This document shows positions 60,498 to 64,000 of a stretch of 64,000 nucleotides of DNA, in pieces. Source of the stretch: an uncultured Desulfarculus sp. (GTDB lineage Bacteria; Desulfobacterota; Desulfarculia; Desulfarculales; Desulfarculaceae); the NCBI GenBank assembly GCA_963665125.2, contig CAXXUK010000002.1, positions 864,001-928,000 of the forward strand, in the 5' to 3' direction. Under the pieces are notes generated by a model that did no database searches, was not told where the DNA came from, and saw only the letters and a program-made list of their open reading frames with translations. The position numbers were made by a program, and so were the translations under genes. Position 1 is the first letter of the stretch; each line of letters begins with the position of its first letter.

Positions 60498-60780
60498 ATG
60501 CTCCAATTGCCTATTAATTCGGACACTATTTATAATATATTACACACGGTGTCAACGTAAATTCAGTGCCTATTTAATAACATGATTCTTATTTTTATCG
60601 TAGGTATGGTGTTGAAATAATAGTGTCATACCAATTGATATTCGTCACGACCGGGTAGCTTTCCTCGATACACAGGTCATCTTGTACTAAGTACGCACAG
60701 CCCGAGCACCTCTGCCCACCCAGACGCGCCAGCTTTTTCGGCAAAAGATCATCAAGACAGTCAACTATCTTTGCCAACAC

Positions 60781-61719
60781 TCAGTTCCAAGTTCCCATTT
60801 GGCGCAGTTTCTGGATGTCGCGTAGCGGAGGTGCGCCGAACCGGCGGCTGTACTCGCGGTTGAACTGTGATGGGCTTTCATAGCCCACCTCGAAGGCCGC
60901 CGTGGCCGCGTCCATGCGCTCGGTGAGCATCAGGCTTCTGGCCTCGTTCAGACGCAGGTTTTTCTGAAACTGCAGGGGACTCATGGCGGTCAAGGCACGG
61001 AAATGGTGATGGAATGTCGAGGTGCTCATGCCCGTGTCAGCCGCCAGGTCGTCGATGCGAAGCTTTTGGGTGAAGTTGCCCCTCATCCAATCTATTGCCT
61101 TTGCGATCTGGTGGCTGCGGCTGCCGGCTGCCACGATCTGCCGCAAGCGGGGCCCCTGATCGCCGACTAGCAGGTAATAGAGGATTTCCTTTTGGATCAG
61201 CGGTGCCAGGATCGGTATGTCTTCGGGCCGGCTTAACAAGTCGAGCAGCCGTTGGAAAGTCTTGAGTAACGGCAAGGTAATCTCGCCGATGGCCATTCCT
61301 CGATGGGTTTGACCAGTGCGGGGCAGGGGGAGATCGCTGTCCATCATCAACTGGGCAATTGCCCGTTGATCCAGCGCTAGGGTCAGACCCAGATATGGCT
61401 TTTCCTCGCTGGCCTCGATGATATTCGCCACCAGAGGCAAGCCCAGGGAGGTTAGAAGGAAGCCATTGGGGTCATATGTGTATTCATCTTCTCCGAGCAG
61501 CACCCGCTTGGTTCCCTGGGCGATAAGGCAAATGCTTTGTTCGAGTATATAGCTGGTCGGCTCGGTCGGGGCTTCCCACCGATGCAAGGTCAGGTTGGGA
61601 ATCGCTGTATCCAGACTGTTTAGGTCTTCGGTCCATTCAGCAATAATCCTCACCAACTCATTTTGGGCGAATCCCAGGCTCTCTGTTTGGCTTATCTCAA
61701 CGATATTCCGTGATTTCAT
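60781..61719 (-). CDS. AraC-family regulator with an AraC_N domain (YqhC-like)
   Basis: CLIAQGTK, MSTSTFHHHFRALTAMSPLQFQK and VGYESPSQFNREYSRRFG. Confidence 0.92.
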   Translation of the reverse strand: MKSRNIVEISQTESLGFAQNELVRIIAEWTEDLNSLDTAIPNLTLHRWEAPTEPTSYILEQSICLIAQGTKRVLLGEDEYTYDPNGFLLTSLGLPLVANIIEASEEKPYLGLTLALDQRAIAQLMMDSDLPLPRTGQTHRGMAIGEITLPLLKTFQRLLDLLSRPEDIPILAPLIQKEILYYLLVGDQGPRLRQIVAAGSRSHQIAKAIDWMRGNFTQKLRIDDLAADTGMSTSTFHHHFRALTAMSPLQFQKNLRLNEARSLMLTERMDAATAAFEVGYESPSQFNREYSRRFGAPPLRDIQKLRQMGTWN

Positions 61720-61887
61720 TTCAATTATCCGGGTGTCTTACTTTGGGAATAGTAACATAAGTTGGTATGTAGGCACCATAGGCCAATTTAGTATCTCGGA
61801 TAATTAGGCAATAAAGGAACAGGAGAGGTGGCCCCCAATCGTTAGACAGTTTGGCGGCGTAGTTAAGGTGGATGGTATTTGTTGTTG

Positions 61888-62730
61888 TCATGCCGCCGCT
61901 TCGGTCAATCCCGTCGTGGGTCGGCCCCAGTATGCCTCGTCCGGCGTTTTGCCATCCAGGCTGGAGTGGGGTCGCCGTTGGTTATAGTAATCGATCCAGG
62001 AGCCGATTCCCTTCCTGGCCTCGCTTCCCGTCTCAAAGGCATGCAGATAGACACATTCATATTTGAGAGAGCGCCACAGGCGTTCGATCATGACATTGTC
62101 CATCCAGCGGCCTTTGCCATCCATGGAAATTTTGATCTCAGCATCCTTGAGCACCTGGGTAAAACCAAAGCTTGTGAATTGGCTCCCCTGATCGGTATTG
62201 AAAATCAGGGGGTTGGGAAACCTTCGCAGGGCATCACTCAAGGCGGCCACGCAAAAATCAGCATCCAAGGTGTTGGACAGTCGCCAGCTCAGCACCTTGC
62301 GGCTGGCCCAGTCCATGATCGCCACCAGGTAGAGAAAACCACGCCTCATCGGGATATAAGTGATATCGGCGCACCAGATGTGGCCGGGTTCGCTTATCTC
62401 CACCCCGCGCAGTAAATAGGGGTAAACCTTGTGCCCCGGCTGGGGCTTGGATGTCCCGGGCTTCTGGTAGACGGGGCTAAGCCCCATCTTGCGCATCAGC
62501 CGCACCACCCGCTTCCTGCCCACGCGATGCCCCTCACGCCGGAGCCAGCGGACCATCTGACGAGAGCCGTACCAGGGCGTTTCCAGAAACTGCTCATCCA
62601 TCTTGCGCATCAGCTCAATATTCAGCGGGTTTTCGCCCGTGGCTTCGTAATAAAACGATGAGCGGCTGATTCCCAGGAGCTCACATTGGCGGACAATGCT
62701 CAATCCCTTGGGCCTGCTTGCCTTCACCAT
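61888..62730 (-). CDS. IS3 transposase OrfB (DDE/rve)
   Basis: WCADITYI, FNTDQGSQF, DNVMIERLWRSLKYE and YNQRRPHSSL. Confidence 0.93.
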   Translation of the reverse strand: MVKASRPKGLSIVRQCELLGISRSSFYYEATGENPLNIELMRKMDEQFLETPWYGSRQMVRWLRREGHRVGRKRVVRLMRKMGLSPVYQKPGTSKPQPGHKVYPYLLRGVEISEPGHIWCADITYIPMRRGFLYLVAIMDWASRKVLSWRLSNTLDADFCVAALSDALRRFPNPLIFNTDQGSQFTSFGFTQVLKDAEIKISMDGKGRWMDNVMIERLWRSLKYECVYLHAFETGSEARKGIGSWIDYYNQRRPHSSLDGKTPDEAYWGRPTTGLTEAAA

Positions 62731-62750
62731 CGCTTTCCTCCGATCAAAGC

Positions 62751-63038
62751 TCAGCGACCGGAGGCCTTGGCCAAAAAATCCCGTTCAATGGTCAACTGCC
62801 CAATCTTTGCATGAAGCTCTTTGATCTGGGATTCTCCGGCCTCTTGCTGCTTCGCACCCTTGCTGGAGAAAACTTCTGTCAAGCCTTCGGTGGCCTGGCG
62901 CTTCCACTGCGCAATCATATTGGGGTGGATGTCAAACCGTGCTGCCAGCTCGGAAAGAGTCTGCTCGCCCTTCAATGCCTCCAGCGCTACCGTGGCCTTG
63001 AATTCGGCCGAAAAGCGCCTGCGTTTGGTCTTGCTCAT
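62751..63038 (-). CDS. IS3 transposase OrfA
   Basis: MSKTKRRRFSAEFKATVALEAL HTH and LHAKIGQLTIERDFL; GGAGG RBS. Confidence 0.9.
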   Translation of the reverse strand: MSKTKRRRFSAEFKATVALEALKGEQTLSELAARFDIHPNMIAQWKRQATEGLTEVFSSKGAKQQEAGESQIKELHAKIGQLTIERDFLAKASGR

Positions 63039-63108
63039 AGCTGGTGTACCTCCATCGGACTCATCCATACCACCTAACACTATTGTCCGATTTTTGGGGT
63101 CCACCTCT

Positions 63109-63326
63109 CTTTGCTCTCCGTTGCGTAGCCGTACAAAGGTCAACTGTGTCTCGACTGCAAGCTTTCTAGCCGCTGGACGGGCTTCACGCAAGTAGGGAGT
63201 TCCCAGGCTTATACGCAACTCGGTTTTTTGGTAGACGGGGCGGAGATCAGCGGGGATGCCGATGCGGAAGTACCAGACTTGGTTGTAGCGGGTGAGATAT
63301 GCGGGCGAGCGGCCTAAATGAGACAA
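63109..63326 (-). pseudogene. Truncated integrase N-terminus (DUF6538/DUF3258-like)
   Basis: YLTRYNQVWYFRIGIPADLR..ELRISLGT..REAR..ARKL immediately downstream of tRNA-Met and cut by the IS3 end. Confidence 0.72.
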
Positions 63327-63424
63327 GCTCCGACCTCCGGTTTGGACGACCATTTTGGAAAAAACGTCCAAGAGGTGGAGCTTGCTTATATTAACCAAGC
63401 CGTTTCAACGGCTTAGATCGCTTA

Positions 63425-63501
63425 TGGTGGCGATGCAGGGATTTGAACCCCGGACACTGCGGATATGAGCCGCATGCTCTGACCTACTGAGCTACATCGC
63501 C
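63425..63501 (-). tRNA. tRNA-Met (CAT), probably elongator
   Basis: GGCGATGTAGCTCAGTAGGTCAGAGCATGCGGCTCATATCCGCAGTGTCCGGGGTTCAAATCCCTGCATCGCCACCA with G1-C72 paired. Confidence 0.93.
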
Positions 63502-63575
63502 GTCCGAACGTTATTTAGGGGTAAGGGGCCATTCTGTCAAGCCCCACGGGCCAAAAAGTAATCCTTTTTTGCGGA

Positions 63576-64000
63576 TCACACGCTGAAACGCACATGCAGG
63601 ATTTCGCCGTCGGAGACGACATGGTCCTTGCCCGCCAGCTTCATCAGGCCCGTCTTTTTCAGCGCCGCTTCGGATCCGTGCTCCAACAGGTCGGCATAAT
63701 TCATGATTTCAGCGCGGATAAAGCCCCGCTCCAGGTCGGAGTGGATGACGCCCGCAGCCTGGGGAGCCAGAGCCCCGCGTTTGACCGTCCAGGCCCGCAC
63801 TTCGTCTTCGCCCACGGTGAAAAACGAGATCAGGTCCATGGCCTTGTAGCCCGCCTGGATCAGCCGGTCCAGGGCGCTGTCGGTGAGCCCCAGGTCGTTC
63901 ATGAACTCGGCGGCCTCGTCTTCGTCCAGCTCCAGAATATCGGCCTCGATGGCCGCCCGGATCACCACAACCTCGCAGCCCAGGTCCGGGGCCTCGGCGT
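63576..64000 (-). CDS. ychF: YchF/Obg-family ATPase, 3' part (gene starts beyond the window)
   Basis: LISFFTVGEDEVRAW, APQAAGVIHSDLERGFIRAE and DGEILHVRF. Confidence 0.9.
   Translation of the reverse strand, partial: AEAPDLGCEVVVIRAAIEADILELDEDEAAEFMNDLGLTDSALDRLIQAGYKAMDLISFFTVGEDEVRAWTVKRGALAPQAAGVIHSDLERGFIRAEIMNYADLLEHGSEAALKKTGLMKLAGKDHVVSDGEILHVRFSV

Larger units (their letters stand above)
61824..63108 (-). mobile_element. IS3-family insertion sequence
   Basis: Imperfect terminal inverted repeats AGAGGTGGCCCCCAATCGTTAGACA and AGAGGTGGACCCCAAAAATCGGACA, with orfA and orfB. No target-site duplication seen. Confidence 0.92.
47234..63424. mobile_element. Decayed genomic island between the convergent tRNA-Leu and tRNA-Met 3' ends
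   Basis: Accessory cargo, integrase N-terminal remnant beside tRNA-Met, IS3 element, pseudogene and AT-richer intergenic stretches. Flanked by core genes pyrR and ychF. Confidence 0.75.

Noticed and set aside
60595..60780. 61-aa ORF downstream of araC
   Set aside because: No RBS or recognisable motif, and it overlaps a hairpin (GGCAAAGAT/ATCTTTTGCC) that more likely ends the araC transcript.
62751..63398. 215-aa ORF as a single integrase-transposase fusion gene
   Set aside because: It is a chance in-frame junction across the IS3 end. OrfA has its own RBS and ATG at 63038.
47234..63424. attL/attR direct repeat of either tRNA 3' end
   Set aside because: No copy found by eye in the island's intergenic regions.
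63425..63501. Initiator tRNA-fMet
   Set aside because: It has a paired G1-C72 and lacks three consecutive G-C pairs in the anticodon stem. Ile2 is not fully excluded.

Overview
GC-rich chromosomal window from a sulfate-reducing Desulfobacterota (deltaproteobacterial) organism. Positions 1-25.5 kb are mostly housekeeping genes: acs, ridA, tRNA-Thr, ahcY, metK, panDC, a hybrid kinase, then rsmA-tsaD-fbp-cimA-lysC-tsaE-nnr-acpS-pdxJ-ybeY-HD-phoH-yjbQ, cvpA and mazG. Positions 25.6-46.3 kb form an energy-metabolism block: tetraheme cytochrome c3, ferredoxin, a TPR protein, dsrA-dsrB-dsrN-dsrD (unusual order) and an hdrA-flxDCBA operon without hdrBC. Three genes that the ORF track splits are best read as selenoproteins, each with an in-frame UGA at a conserved Cys position and a downstream SECIS-like hairpin: a ~1004-aa HdrA, FlxD/MvhD and a CCG-domain HdrD-like protein. 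Positions 47.2-63.4 kb are a ~16-kb decayed genomic island between convergent tRNA-Leu and tRNA-Met genes. It carries two TonB-dependent receptors, a Nik/Opp-type ABC importer with an embedded methyltransferase, FmdE-family and flavin-reductase-family proteins, XRE-cupin and AraC regulators, an IS3 element, an integrase remnant and a frameshifted RHH gene. The best candidate for an undescribed system is this uptake module: both receptor genes are preceded by a related leader and terminator that I cannot assign to a known riboswitch class. All calls come from reading the sequence only; no database searches were run.
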